Shown: positions 10,137 to 24,239, counted from the stretch's first letter. The stretch is DNA of 64,000 bases from Lentisphaeria bacterium (GCA_041690595.1 JAWLHB010000039.1:1-64000); one strand, 5' to 3'. Translations and numbers: made by a program. The notes: generated by a model from the sequence alone, not told the origin.

Positions 10137-11081
10137 ATGCACCGTATGCTGGTCAAACTGGGCAAGTTTCCGCGCACCCTCTGGTGCAGCCGTCATCCGG
10201 CTTGGCGGGGCGCGCGAATGCTCCTGCTCTTCATCATCTGCATGCTGGGCTACATCATGCTCTTCGAATCCTCCTTCATCTACTTCCCGAGCAAGTATCC
10301 CGCGGGCAATTGGGAGGTGAACCGGTTTCGCGCCGCCGAGGGGGAGAGTATCACTCGCGTCGAGGATGTGTGGATGGAGGCCGAAGACGGCGTCCGGCTC
10401 CATGGGTGGTTCTGCACTCCGCACCGCTGGCAGGATGGCGAAGCGCGCCCCGTCGAAAGCTCCCGCGTCATCCTCTGGTGTCATGGCAATGCCGGCAACA
10501 TCACCCATCGCTACGACAAGATTTCGCATCTCACCCAGGCACCCTCGGCGCTCTTCATCTTCGACTACCGGGGCTACGGCAGGAGCGAGGGATCGCCATC
10601 GGAGGCGGGCGTCTATCTCGATGCCATGGCCGCCTGGCGACACCTGACCGAGGAACGAGGCTATGCGCCGCGCCAGATCGTCATCTATGGCGTCTCCATG
10701 GGGGGCGCGGTGGCCATCGAGCTGGCCACGAAGGTCGAGCCCGCCGGGCTGATCATCGAGTCCAGCTTCACCTCCATCGCCGATATGGCGGCGGCGACCA
10801 TGCCCTTCATTCCACGCTGCATCATCCGGACCAGGATGAATTCCCTCGACAAGATCGGCGCCATCACGGTCCCCAAGCTCGTGGTCCATGGGGATGCCGA
10901 CGAAATCATTCCCTATCGCATGGGTGAAGCGCTCTACGAGGCGGCAGCCCCGCCCAAACGCTTCCATGCTGTCGCCGATGCGACTCACAATGAAACGGAT
11001 CTGATCGGCGGTGAAGCCTACTACACGGTCATCCGCGATTTCGTGCTGGAGGTCACCAGCTCTGAGCCAGAAGACGACTGA
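10137..11081 (+). CDS. Alpha/beta hydrolase (ABHD17/Bem46-like), N-terminally anchored
   Basis: HGNAGN, DYRGYGRSEGSPSE, GVSMGG nucleophile elbow, HGDADEII, ATHN; exact start uncertain (10137/10146/10218). Confidence 0.9.
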   Translation: MHRMLVKLGKFPRTLWCSRHPAWRGARMLLLFIICMLGYIMLFESSFIYFPSKYPAGNWEVNRFRAAEGESITRVEDVWMEAEDGVRLHGWFCTPHRWQDGEARPVESSRVILWCHGNAGNITHRYDKISHLTQAPSALFIFDYRGYGRSEGSPSEAGVYLDAMAAWRHLTEERGYAPRQIVIYGVSMGGAVAIELATKVEPAGLIIESSFTSIADMAAATMPFIPRCIIRTRMNSLDKIGAITVPKLVVHGDADEIIPYRMGEALYEAAAPPKRFHAVADATHNETDLIGGEAYYTVIRDFVLEVTSSEPEDD

Positions 11082-11088
11082 GATCGGG

Positions 11089-11835
11089 TCACACGTAGAT
11101 CATCTTGCGGGTCATGCCGCCGTCGACGGTGAAGCATTGGCCGGTGATGAAGCCGGCCTTGTCATCGAGCAGCCAGGCCGCCAGCTCCGCCACGTCCTCG
11201 GGGATGCCGACACGGCCAACCGGGTGCTGATCGCGGTCCGCCGCGGAGTGCTCACCGATGCGACGATTCGATGTCTTCTGCCAGGGGCCGACCTCGATCC
11301 AGCCGGGAGCTATGGCGTTGACGCGCACCTGGGGACCGAGGCTGATCGCCAGCGAGTGGGTGAGGGCGACGATGCCGCCCTTGGAGGCGCTGTATGCTTC
11401 CGAGTTCGGCTCCGACATGAAGGCGCGTGTCGAAGCTATGTTGACGATCGCACCGCGGCTTTCGCGCAGCGCCGTGGCGGCATGCTTGGCGCACAGGAAG
11501 GGGCTCGTCAGGTTCACCGCGAGCACCCGATTCCAATCGTCCAGCGTCAGCTCCGTCACTGGACCATTGCGGGAAATCGCGGCATTGCAGATCAAGGCAT
11601 TCAGCCCGCCGGACTCTTCGATCGCTCCACCGATGGCGGCGGCTACCGACGGCTCGTCCGCCACATCACAGCAGATGGCGCGAATGTCGCCATCCGAAGC
11701 CAGGGCCGCCGCGGCATCATCCATGGCTTCGCGATCGATCTCCGCAAGGTAAACGCGCATGCCCCGGCGCAGCAGGGTCTGGGCGATGCAGCGGCCGATG
11801 CCTTGGCCGCCACCGGTGATGAAGGCTGTCTTCAT
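11089..11835 (-). CDS. Short-chain dehydrogenase/reductase
   Basis: TGGGQGIG, NAA, YSASKGG, VNAIAPGWI, FITGQ..VDGG. Confidence 0.93.
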   Translation of the reverse strand: MKTAFITGGGQGIGRCIAQTLLRRGMRVYLAEIDREAMDDAAAALASDGDIRAICCDVADEPSVAAAIGGAIEESGGLNALICNAAISRNGPVTELTLDDWNRVLAVNLTSPFLCAKHAATALRESRGAIVNIASTRAFMSEPNSEAYSASKGGIVALTHSLAISLGPQVRVNAIAPGWIEVGPWQKTSNRRIGEHSAADRDQHPVGRVGIPEDVAELAAWLLDDKAGFITGQCFTVDGGMTRKMIYV

Positions 11836-12323
11836 GATTCCTCGGATGAGTTGGTGGCGTTCAGGATGAAGCGCCGGGGTGGGGGATCGTGTGGCAGATG
11901 CAGGCCGCAGAGCGCCTGCCACAGCGGGAAGGTCGGCCGCCGCGGCAACCAGGCCAGGTGGGTGCGTCCGCGCCGGTCGCTGGCGCCGAAACCTGCTATC
12001 GGCAAGGTCGCGCCGGGCAGACTGCCGAGCAGCAGGGCCCACTCGTCTTCACGGCTGGCATCATGTGGCAGCAGCCAGACTTCCCGCGGCGTCGCTACCT
12101 GACGCAGGTAGTCCAGATGCCAGTGCGGCCGTTCGCTCTTTCGCAGGTGGTGGCCGAGGCGTCCCCTCAGACCGCCGGCGCCCATGGCGCTGCCGACATA
12201 GAGATACCAGCCGCGGCCCAGCACCTGCTCGCCCAAGCGGCCGACAACCAGACGATGTTCGCGCTGCAACCACAGAAGCAAGAGATAGGTTCCTGGGCTG
12301 GCCGGCAGAGATTTTTCTTGCAT
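11832..12323 (-). CDS. DUF123 / GIY-YIG-like nuclease family protein
   Basis: PGTYLLLL, GWYLYVGSA..GGL..RL.HH, HWHLDYL, GFGASD, THL; the real start (12323) lies inside the long shadow ORF 11832..12953; ATGA overlap with the SDR gene. Confidence 0.85.
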   Translation of the reverse strand: MQEKSLPASPGTYLLLLWLQREHRLVVGRLGEQVLGRGWYLYVGSAMGAGGLRGRLGHHLRKSERPHWHLDYLRQVATPREVWLLPHDASREDEWALLLGSLPGATLPIAGFGASDRRGRTHLAWLPRRPTFPLWQALCGLHLPHDPPPRRFILNATNSSEES

Positions 12324-12402
12324 GCTCAATTGTCTACGGCTCATGGCATGATACTGTAATGCCCTTTGCCCGAAAATCGCCATTATATAGGGGAGGTCTA
12401 CC

Positions 12403-13401
12403 ATGAGCAAAACGTACAATGTTGCCATTGCCGGCGCCACCGGCGCTGTTGGGGTCGAGATGATCAAGACCCTGGAAAAACGCAACTTTCCGGTCAAAAA
12501 CCTTACTCTTCTGGCCTCCAAGCGTTCTGTTGGCAAACAGCTGACGTACAAGGGCGAATCCCTGCCGATCCAGGAGCTTACCAAAGACTCCTTCAAGGGC
12601 ATCGATATTGCGCTCTTCAGTGCGGGCGCCAGTCGCTCACGAGAATTCGCGCAATTCGCCGTCGACGCCGGGGCTGTCGTGATCGACAACTCGAGCGCTT
12701 TCCGCATGATCACGGATGTACCGCTGGTCGTGCCGGAAGTGAATCCGGAAGACGTCAAGCTGCACAAAGGCATCATCGCCAATCCGAACTGCACGACCAT
12801 CATCATGGTGGTACCCCTGAAGCCGCTGTACGACCTGTCGCCGATCCGGCGCATTGTCGTCAGCACGTACCAGAGCGCGAGCGGCGCCGGTGCGAAGGCA
12901 ATGGAAGAACTCGAAGTGCAGAGCGGCCAGTACCTGCGTAAAGAGAGCCTCACACGGGAAGTGTTGCCCTACCAGATCGCCTTCAACCTCTTCTGTCATA
13001 ACTCCTCGATCACCGAGAATGGCTACAACGAAGAAGAACTGAAGATGGTCTACGAGACGCGCAAGATCATGCACGACGACAAGATCCGCGTCTGCCCGAC
13101 GACGGTGCGGGTGCCCATCATGCGCGCCCATGCGGAGTCGGTGGTGATCGAGCAGGAGCGCAAGGTCTCCGTTGAGGAAGCTCTCGCCGTGCTCAACAAG
13201 GCGCCGGGCGTGAAAGTGGTTGACGATCGCAAGCGCAACTACTTCCCGATGCCGATCGAAGTGACGGAGCAGGACGAGGTCTTTGTCGGCCACATCCGTG
13301 ACGATCTCAGCTGTGATACGGGGCTGGCCCTGTTCATGTGCGGTGATCAGTTGTTGAAGGGGGCGGCTCTCAACGCCGTCCAGATCGCCGAGCTTCTTTA
13401 A
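12403..13401 (+). CDS. asd: Aspartate-semialdehyde dehydrogenase
   Basis: GATGAVG, DNSSAFRM, VPEVN, ANPNCTT, STYQSASGAG, LKGAALNAVQIAE; GGAGG RBS. Confidence 0.98.
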   Translation: MSKTYNVAIAGATGAVGVEMIKTLEKRNFPVKNLTLLASKRSVGKQLTYKGESLPIQELTKDSFKGIDIALFSAGASRSREFAQFAVDAGAVVIDNSSAFRMITDVPLVVPEVNPEDVKLHKGIIANPNCTTIIMVVPLKPLYDLSPIRRIVVSTYQSASGAGAKAMEELEVQSGQYLRKESLTREVLPYQIAFNLFCHNSSITENGYNEEELKMVYETRKIMHDDKIRVCPTTVRVPIMRAHAESVVIEQERKVSVEEALAVLNKAPGVKVVDDRKRNYFPMPIEVTEQDEVFVGHIRDDLSCDTGLALFMCGDQLLKGAALNAVQIAELL

Positions 13402-13434
13402 GCTCGGTACATAATCAGAGTCAATGGCGATTTG

Positions 13435-13472
13435 AGCCCCTGGCCACCCACGATCCGGCCAGGGGCTTTTTT
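13435..13472 (+). terminator. Rho-independent terminator after asd
   Basis: AGCCCCTGGCC ... GGCCAGGGGCT stem followed by a T run. Confidence 0.85.
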
Positions 13473-13581
13473 GTCGACACTCTTGAAGTACGGGCAGCTT
13501 GCGAATAGCGTAACTGCTGATCTTCCGGCGCCTTCGCCTTCGCGTTGGCAGGGTTGATTCATTTCCTGAGGGGGCAGATCT

Positions 13582-14307
13582 ATGGTCAAGGCTGAAGCCA
13601 GTGGAAAACCACGCAAGGGATGTATCTTCTGGGGCATCATCTCGCTGTTGGGCGTGGTCGTCTTCACCGTGGTGATAGTCGTGGTGATCGGCTACCGGCA
13701 GATCAATCAGTTTGTCGAGGCGCTGTCCGATGAGCCGGCCGACCTCCCGGTGGAGATGTATGAACGGAGGCCGCCCGAGCAGATCAGGCGCCTTGTGGCC
13801 AGATATGACAAGCTGCGTGATGCCATCGGCGCGGGCACACAGACCAGTGTATCTTTCACGGCGGATGAGCTGAACACCCTCATCGTCAACCACGCGGATC
13901 TCAAGGCGCTGCACGGGCGTCTCCACTTTACGATCGAGTCGGATGCCATCCGTGCCGAGGTCAGTTATCCAGCCGATCTCCTCGATGACCAACTGCCCGA
14001 CGTCTTCAAGGTCAAGGGCAAGTACTTCAATGGCAGTTTTCTGCTGCAGCCCCTCCTGGAGCGAAATCGCCTGCAGTTTCGTGTGCTCGATGCCAGCATG
14101 AAAGGCAAACCGATCGAGCCGGGAAATCTCCGTGTCCTGCAGCAGAACGATCTGCGCAAGTCCCTTGAATGGGGGCTCGATGAGCAGCAGAAGGAGGATC
14201 TGCGGCGATTTGAAGGCGCCCTCGATGAGGTCGCCATTCGTGACGGCAGACTCCTGATTCGAACTCGCGATACCGCGACGCCGGATCCGGAAAGTGCGGG
14301 ACCGTAA
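13582..14307 (+). CDS. Membrane-anchored hypothetical protein
   Basis: KPRKGCIFWG followed by one TM helix and a soluble domain; good codon usage, RBS-like GAGGGGG. Confidence 0.75.
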   Translation: MVKAEASGKPRKGCIFWGIISLLGVVVFTVVIVVVIGYRQINQFVEALSDEPADLPVEMYERRPPEQIRRLVARYDKLRDAIGAGTQTSVSFTADELNTLIVNHADLKALHGRLHFTIESDAIRAEVSYPADLLDDQLPDVFKVKGKYFNGSFLLQPLLERNRLQFRVLDASMKGKPIEPGNLRVLQQNDLRKSLEWGLDEQQKEDLRRFEGALDEVAIRDGRLLIRTRDTATPDPESAGP

Positions 14308-14436
14308 CCAATGTGACAGGAGATGTGTGGCTGGAGCGGGCCAAGCCGTTGATAATTCTTGCTATTTCAGTATAGTAATTGATTGTGGCCTGCCCCTCAG
14401 TACAGCCAGATATTCCTACGAGAAGAAGGGAAAAAG

Positions 14437-17109
<2,673 letters not shown>

Positions 17110-17131
17110 GTAAAAAGGACGCATCCCAGCT

Positions 17132-18523
17132 ATGGCATACGAGTTCAAGCTCCCCAACCTCGGGGAAAATATCGAGGCTGCCGACATTACCTCCATCCTG
17201 GTGGCCGAAGGGGATTCCGTTTCGGCCGACCAACCGATTATTGAAGTCGAAACCGATAAGGCATCCCTGGAAGTGCCCATAGACCGCGCTGGCAAGATCA
17301 CCAGCATCAAGGTCAGCGAAGGCGACAAGATAGCCGTGGGCGACATTATTCTCGAACTGGCCGAAGAGGAAGAAGCCGGCGACACCACGGAAAAGAAAGC
17401 AAAAGCTGCCGAGGATGAAGCCGAGGAAGCTGCCAAACCGGAGGATGCCGACGAAGTGGCCGCGGATGCCAAGGCCGCCGACGAACCAGCCGACACAAAG
17501 GACGACGAGAAGTCGCCTGAAGAGCCGCAGACAGAGGAGAAGCAGCCCGCGATTGCCGAGGCTTCCGCCCAGGATACAACGACGTTGTCCGAGCCTCCCC
17601 CAGCCTCCTCAGGTTCCTCCGCGCCGGCCGCGCCATCCGTTCGCCGTTTTGCCCGCGAGATCGGCATCGATATCGCCAAGGTCCGCGGTACTGGTCCGTC
17701 TGGACGAATTTCCACCGAAGACGTGAAGGCTTACGCCAAGGAACTGAACAGCGCCCGAGGTGCCCGGAGTACCGTCCAAGGTGCCATTGCCGTTCCCGAT
17801 CTGCCCAATTTTGCGCAGTTCGGTGCGATCGATGTGGAGCCGATGAGCAACGTCCGCCGCAAGACCGCTCAGCACATGACCTTGTGCTGGCAGACTATTC
17901 CGCATGTCACGCAGTTCGATACCTGTGACATTACGGAGCTGGAACGCATGCGCAAGCAGTACGGCGCGAGGGCGGAGGCTGCCGGCGGCAAGCTCACCGT
18001 CACGGCCATCATCCTGAAAGTGATGGCTTCCGCCATCCGCAAGTTCCCGCGTTTTGCCTCCAGCCTGGACGTGCCGGGAGAGAAGATCATCTACAAGAAG
18101 TACTGCAACATCGGTGTCGCCGTGGACACGGATCGCGGCTTGATCGTGCCAGTGATTCGGGATGTGGACAAGAAGAACATCGTCGAACTGAGCGCGGAAC
18201 TGGCCGCCATTGCGGCTCGGGCGCGCGATCGCAAGATCACCATGGAAGAGATGCAGGGGGGCTGCATCACCCTGACCAACCTTGGCGGGATCGGCGGTAC
18301 CAGCTTCACACCGATTGTCAACTGGCCTGAAGTCGCCATCGTCGGCATTGCCCGGGGCAGGATGGAACCGGTCTGGCAGGACGGTGAGTTCGTGCCGAGA
18401 CTCATGCTGCCGCTTGCCCTCAGTTATGATCACCGCGTCATCGACGGCGCGGATGGCGCGCGCTTCCTTCGGTGGGTGGCGGAAGCGCTGGAAAATCCCT
18501 TCCTCATGCCTCTGGAAGGCTGA
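17132..18523 (+). CDS. aceF: Dihydrolipoamide acetyltransferase E2 (single lipoyl domain)
   Basis: Lipoyl ETDKA, acidic linker, APAAPSVRRFARE E3-binding domain, YDHRVIDGADG. Confidence 0.95.
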   Translation: MAYEFKLPNLGENIEAADITSILVAEGDSVSADQPIIEVETDKASLEVPIDRAGKITSIKVSEGDKIAVGDIILELAEEEEAGDTTEKKAKAAEDEAEEAAKPEDADEVAADAKAADEPADTKDDEKSPEEPQTEEKQPAIAEASAQDTTTLSEPPPASSGSSAPAAPSVRRFAREIGIDIAKVRGTGPSGRISTEDVKAYAKELNSARGARSTVQGAIAVPDLPNFAQFGAIDVEPMSNVRRKTAQHMTLCWQTIPHVTQFDTCDITELERMRKQYGARAEAAGGKLTVTAIILKVMASAIRKFPRFASSLDVPGEKIIYKKYCNIGVAVDTDRGLIVPVIRDVDKKNIVELSAELAAIAARARDRKITMEEMQGGCITLTNLGGIGGTSFTPIVNWPEVAIVGIARGRMEPVWQDGEFVPRLMLPLALSYDHRVIDGADGARFLRWVAEALENPFLMPLEG

Positions 18524-18543
18524 TCGGTCGGAACAGTTCACGG

Positions 18544-18572
18544 ACTGCCCACGCTTCAACCGCGTGGGCAGT
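18544..18572. terminator. Hairpin between convergent aceF and hypothetical gene (possible terminator)
   Basis: ACTGCCCACGC-ttcaacc-GCGTGGGCAGT 11-bp stem; no strong U-tract. Confidence 0.5.
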
Positions 18573-18578
18573 TCCTCA

Positions 18579-18935
18579 CTATTTGCCGCGCATTTCATCC
18601 CACATGGACGGCAACCGGTACAGATCTCCCTCGATCTGGAACTTCTTCTCCTCTCCCTGCTTGATTGTTGCGCCAAGCTCTGACTGGCGCTTTTTCAGGC
18701 TTGTTAACTCGTCTTCCTGCTCAGCCAGCTCTGCTTTGTACTTCTCGATTGCAGCGGCCAGCTTGTCCGTCGTGCTGTCGGCCTTCTTGCGACGCTGCTC
18801 CAGTTGATAATCGATGTCTTTGATTTGACTTGTGTAGGTGCGCTCCAGTTCAGCGCGTTCGAAGCTGTTGTACTGCCACACGGCAACCGTGCCGACAGCA
18901 GCCAAGAGGAAGATGATCCATCCGGCGATATTCAT
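18579..18935 (-). CDS. Small membrane-anchored coiled-coil hypothetical protein
   Basis: N-terminal TM, heptad-rich charged helix; GGAG RBS. Confidence 0.75.
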   Translation of the reverse strand: MNIAGWIIFLLAAVGTVAVWQYNSFERAELERTYTSQIKDIDYQLEQRRKKADSTTDKLAAAIEKYKAELAEQEDELTSLKKRQSELGATIKQGEEKKFQIEGDLYRLPSMWDEMRGK

Positions 18936-18959
18936 GAAGTCACTCCTGTCTGATTTGTG

Positions 18960-20099
18960 TTACCAGATGTTGCGTTTCGCAACCGGTTCGGCATCGGCAT
19001 CAAAAAGATCGTCTGTCTGAAAGGCAAGCAGCTTTTCCGCTTTGCTCTCGTTGGTGCTGCGTGCCGACTTGGATATTACCGGCTTGCCATCCTGATCGCA
19101 CAGCACAACCAGATAGCTGTCATATTTAAAGCCGTACTTGAAGCTACTGTGGTCGTAGAAGTAGGATTCCACATCCCCCTCGAAAGCGGTTATCGCTTCA
19201 CGCGATGGCAGGTCGACCAGCATCCGGCGCTTTTCGAGCACCTTGTAGACGCGCCGCTGATTCATGTGCTCCCCGATGATCATCACGTAGAGGACGCAGC
19301 CATCGTACGAGTCATTGAAGTTGCCATTCGTGACGTCCACTTTCAGTGAGATCGATTGCTTCTCATAATCCCAGTTCCGGTTTTGCGTGCGGGTTTTCCG
19401 ACGCGACGTGACGTCCATCTTCAGGAACTTTGGGTCCGGCGCGATGACCTCTTCCTCAGGCTCTTCCTCCTCTTCCTCCACTTCCTCCGCGGCTTCCGGG
19501 CGCTGCAGGTTGTTTGGGAGGATGACTTTGGGGGTGGGGACAGCTACTACCGCGGCTGTTGCGGTTTCCGCAGCCGTTGCGGTTTGCGCAGCTGCCGTCG
19601 TCATCTTCTTCATGGCTTTGGTGTGCGCAGCTTTGAAGTCGTCCAGCGTGTCATAAGGGATGCTGTGCTTGTCCCTGAGATCCGCATATTGTCGGTCGTA
19701 ATGGGTGAGGACATCCGAAAGGCTCTTCCATTGGCTTTCAAGGCGCTTCACCCCGAGTTCGAGTGACTTGGCCTCCGTCTTGGTCTGGCTCAGACTGCCA
19801 CGTATCTGCTCATACTCTGCCTGAAGTGTGTCGACATCACCTGTTGGAAGCTCTGTTGTCTGCAATGCTTCCGCTCGTTTCTGCTCGAGCTGCTGGACAA
19901 GCGTCACCTCTACAATGCCATTCTGCTTCTGCCCGATCATCATGACTGCGATCATGGTGATGATTCCAGCTACGGCCGCCATCCATCCTAGGATTCCAAT
20001 GGCACCAATACCCTTCTTGGGCGGCGGCAACGACGTTTGCAGTCGTGCTCGGCTAAGCTGCTGCGATTGCGTTACTTTCAATTTTAAAGACATGAACAC
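18960..20099 (-). CDS. Membrane-anchored protein: TM, coiled coil, Ala/Thr and Glu linker, C-terminal beta-rich domain
   Basis: Translation features; start may be ATG 20093. Confidence 0.75.
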   Translation of the reverse strand: MFMSLKLKVTQSQQLSRARLQTSLPPPKKGIGAIGILGWMAAVAGIITMIAVMMIGQKQNGIVEVTLVQQLEQKRAEALQTTELPTGDVDTLQAEYEQIRGSLSQTKTEAKSLELGVKRLESQWKSLSDVLTHYDRQYADLRDKHSIPYDTLDDFKAAHTKAMKKMTTAAAQTATAAETATAAVVAVPTPKVILPNNLQRPEAAEEVEEEEEEPEEEVIAPDPKFLKMDVTSRRKTRTQNRNWDYEKQSISLKVDVTNGNFNDSYDGCVLYVMIIGEHMNQRRVYKVLEKRRMLVDLPSREAITAFEGDVESYFYDHSSFKYGFKYDSYLVVLCDQDGKPVISKSARSTNESKAEKLLAFQTDDLFDADAEPVAKRNIW

Positions 20100-20310
20100 T
20101 TTCCCCTTTTCTATGTTTATCGCTGGAGTATTCTACAAGCTGGTAGCGGTTTGACAAGTGCCAACAGATGTTTTGTACTAACATAATCCGAAAATTAACA
20201 CGCTTCCGCCAGCCATGCCCACACCTGCTCCGGTGATCCATAAATAATTGATGCATTCGTGCTTGAAATCCCAGGCAGATCTCGTAAGGTAAGGGCAGAA
20301 AATTTTAGAC

Positions 20311-20386
20311 GTCCCCATCGTCTAGAGGCCTAGGACACCGGGTTCTCATCCCGGCAACAGGGGTTCGAATCCCCTTGGGGATGCCA
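20311..20386 (+). tRNA. tRNA-Glu(CTC)
   Basis: GTCCCCA/TGGGGAT acceptor stem, D-arm CTAGAGGCCTAG, anticodon arm CCGGG-TTCTCAT-CCCGG, T-loop GGTTCGAATCC, encoded 3' CCA. Confidence 0.97.
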
Positions 20387-20467
20387 TTTTTCTTTTTTTG
20401 CGCCAGCAGACGAGGATCACGGCGCGGTGCGACACGCTCTCCTGCGCCTCATCAGGGAGAGTGGAAG

Positions 20468-20983
20468 GTGAGTGTCGTTCTCATTGGCTTCAAGTCTTGC
20501 GGCAAGAGCAGCACCGGGCGCTTGCTCGCCCAAAGCTTCGACTTCCAGTTCATCGACCTCGACGATGTCCTCGAGGCTCGCTACAGCAGCCGCGAGGGCA
20601 CGGTTCTATCCTGTCGTGAGATCTTCCGTGAACATGGCGAGAGCTACTTCCGCTCGCTCGAAGCCGAGGCGCTCGAGAGCCTGACACGGCGCGGGAATGT
20701 CGTCCTTGCGACAGGAGGGGGCGCTCCGATGCACGAACCAAACCGGCCTCTGCTCCGCCAGGTTGGCACTGTCGTCTATCTGAAGACTGCTCCGGAACTG
20801 CTCTTCGCACGCTTTCAGGCGCAGGGTATTCCTGCCTTCATGGCGCAGGACCCCACGCTGCCCCACCTCCGGGAATTGTGGGCGGTTCGCGACGCCGTTT
20901 ACCGCCAGATTGCCGACATCACCATCGAGACAGGCACGCGTCCCGTGCCCGAGGTGGCCGCCGAGATCGGCCGCCGCCTGTAG
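20468..20983 (+). CDS. aroK: Shikimate kinase
   Basis: VVLIGFKSCGKSS P-loop, FIDLD, EIF..GE.YFR..E, VLATGGG; GTG start. Confidence 0.92.
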   Translation: MSVVLIGFKSCGKSSTGRLLAQSFDFQFIDLDDVLEARYSSREGTVLSCREIFREHGESYFRSLEAEALESLTRRGNVVLATGGGAPMHEPNRPLLRQVGTVVYLKTAPELLFARFQAQGIPAFMAQDPTLPHLRELWAVRDAVYRQIADITIETGTRPVPEVAAEIGRRL

Positions 20984-20986
20984 CAC

Positions 20987-21025
20987 AAAAAAGCCCCGGG
21001 TGTCGCTTGAACAACACCCGGGGCT
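20987..21025 (-). terminator. Rho-independent terminator of gap
   Basis: AGCCCCGGGTGT...ACACCCGGGGCT stem with an A6 run on the + strand (U-tract on the minus strand). Confidence 0.85.
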
Positions 21026-21049
21026 GAAGATACGATGAAGCTCAGTCGC

Positions 21050-22207
<1,158 letters not shown>

Positions 22208-22267
22208 TCAACCCCTTTCGAGTGAAATCTGGTGCCCGCCCGACTGCCGAATCGTCGTTCGCGAGGC

Positions 22268-23563
22268 TCACGGTCCGCGCGGATACCATTGCGATCTGCC
22301 GATGATCGATGGCACCAGCCCCAGTGTCACGACGATGATCGCGATCATGCCTCCGAAGACCAGCAGGACGGTATCGTAGGCGGTCATCTGCCTGCCTGCC
22401 AGGTACCATGTGTCGTTGAGCAGGCCAAACTGCAGTGCCCAACTGCTCAGGACGCCCGACAATGCCGCTCCCCCACGCATCAGCGCCATTAGCAGTGACG
22501 TCGACAACGCCTTGTTCTCCGGCGGTATGAGCGCCAGCATTTCGCTGGAAATGGCGATACTCGAGGCCGCGGAAACGAAGCCGAAGAGCAGGTGGAGGAG
22601 CACCAGCAGATAGATGAGCAGCGAGGGCGCCAGCCCCCGTGTCAGGAAGCCGAGCAACGCCAGGCTGAAGCCAAGATGGCAGACGAGAAAGACGGGTTTG
22701 GTTCCGTAACGGTCCACCGCCTTGCCGCCAAGCAGATAGCCGGCCACGGAGCCGATCATGAGCATGTTACCCAGCGTCACCACCACCTTGTCGCTCAGGT
22801 CGAGTGCCTGCTTTTCGAGAAGACCGAAAATGGTTGGCGCGGCTCCGGTGAAGAGCATGAGCAGAAAGACGTAGCAGCAGAAGCTGGCATAGTTGTTGAC
22901 CGGCAGGATCCGCTTTACGGTTGCCAGAAGCGGTGGCGTATCCGGCCGCGATGGCTCCAGTTCCGGCAAGCCCATATAGCAGAGCCCGCGCATGCCGAGA
23001 AAGAGGATGACGGCCAGCAGGACGCCGGCAAAAACGGGCAGCGGCGTTTCGCGTCTGAGCATGAGGGTAGCCAGTGCGGTGAAGCCGATGCCCACCATCT
23101 GCCACGACACGCGCAGCTTGCCGAAGAAGCGGCCTCGTTGCCATTCCGGCACCACCGGGCTTAAGAGCGCGAACCAGCCCGCGGCATAGCAGCCGTTGCC
23201 GAGCCCGTAGCAGAGCACTCCCGCGATTACCAGCGGGTATCTCCATGGAAGCATGCTGGCGCTGACCAGAAGCCCGTAGGCGAAGATCATCAATCCCACC
23301 CCAAAATAGCCAAAGCGCTTCTTGCCGAAACGATCCGCCATGTGCGCGCACGGCACCATGCAGAGCGCTTCGGCCAGAATCGGCAGGGCTAACGCCATCA
23401 CGATGGTGGCACTGGCCAGCCCCAGCGCACGGAAATAGAGCAGCATGATGCCGTTGGTCAGGGCTATCGTACCAATGCAGCCGAAACACTGCGCCAGGAT
23501 CGCGCTGCGCATGCCACGCGTCTGCGTTGGTGTCGCGATCTTTTCGGGCGATGGTTCTGCCAT
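22268..23563 (-). CDS. MFS transporter
   Basis: About 12 TMs, motif-A-like ADRFGKK and VDRYGTK; GGAGG RBS. Confidence 0.88.
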   Translation of the reverse strand: MAEPSPEKIATPTQTRGMRSAILAQCFGCIGTIALTNGIMLLYFRALGLASATIVMALALPILAEALCMVPCAHMADRFGKKRFGYFGVGLMIFAYGLLVSASMLPWRYPLVIAGVLCYGLGNGCYAAGWFALLSPVVPEWQRGRFFGKLRVSWQMVGIGFTALATLMLRRETPLPVFAGVLLAVILFLGMRGLCYMGLPELEPSRPDTPPLLATVKRILPVNNYASFCCYVFLLMLFTGAAPTIFGLLEKQALDLSDKVVVTLGNMLMIGSVAGYLLGGKAVDRYGTKPVFLVCHLGFSLALLGFLTRGLAPSLLIYLLVLLHLLFGFVSAASSIAISSEMLALIPPENKALSTSLLMALMRGGAALSGVLSSWALQFGLLNDTWYLAGRQMTAYDTVLLVFGGMIAIIVVTLGLVPSIIGRSQWYPRGP

Positions 23564-23693
23564 GATGCCTCCATTGAAAGCCCTCACCATACTGCCATGG
23601 CTGGCGCTCCGCCAGACGAGTGACGCATTGTGCGTGCAGCCGCGGGCATTTTCACATGGAACTGCTATAGTCTTGAGCAGGAGGTCATCGGCC

Positions 23694-24239
23694 ATGCGAG
23701 AGAAGATAGTACTCAGGTTGGTTGTCTGGAGCGGACTTGCCGCACTGCTGCTGATTGGCTTTCAGCAGGCGCTGTCGACCCGCTATGGTTCCGCAGCCGC
23801 CGAGGGTCGTGAGGATGCCGTCTGGCGAATGGCGCAGGAGTATCGCGTCCAGTATGAGGCTCCGGACATTTCGGTCGAAGAACTGTTGACGAAGCGTCGG
23901 GAGGGAGTGCCACTGGTGCTGGTCGATGCGCGCAGCGCTGAAGAGCGTGAGGTCTCCGTCATTCCAGGTGCCATTTCGCGAGAAGAGTATGAAGCTGAGG
24001 CACTGGGGTATTCGGGGCAGCTTGTGGTTGTCTACTGCACCATTGGGCTGCGTAGCGGCAAGTACGCCGATCTGCTGCGCAAGCAGGGAGTGGATGCCGT
24101 CAACCTGTACGGCAGCGCCCTCGCCTGGGCCTGGGCAAAGCAGGATTTCGCCTCGCCTTCAGGCGACCGCGTCAAGCGGCTGCATGTCTTCGGGAAGCAA
24201 TGGGATCTGGCGCCGCGGGATTACGAAACCGTCTACTGA
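23694..24239 (+). CDS. Exported rhodanese-like domain protein
   Basis: Signal/TM segment, LVDARS.EE..VSVIPGA, active loop YCTIGLRS; AGGAGG RBS. Confidence 0.88.
   Translation: MREKIVLRLVVWSGLAALLLIGFQQALSTRYGSAAAEGREDAVWRMAQEYRVQYEAPDISVEELLTKRREGVPLVLVDARSAEEREVSVIPGAISREEYEAEALGYSGQLVVVYCTIGLRSGKYADLLRKQGVDAVNLYGSALAWAWAKQDFASPSGDRVKRLHVFGKQWDLAPRDYETVY

Noticed and set aside
11832..12323. GIY-YIG-like gene as a homing endonuclease or mobile element
   Set aside because: It has the DUF123-type compact form, is coupled to an SDR gene, and shows no intron or intein context.
11832..12953. 373-aa ORF as one gene
   Set aside because: The N-terminal part is the antisense of asd; only 11832..12323 is protein-like.
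20311..20386. tRNA-Glu as an island attachment site, or functionally clustered with hemA
   Set aside because: No integrase or duplicated 3' tRNA end was noticed; it is ~11.6 kb from hemA with unrelated genes between.
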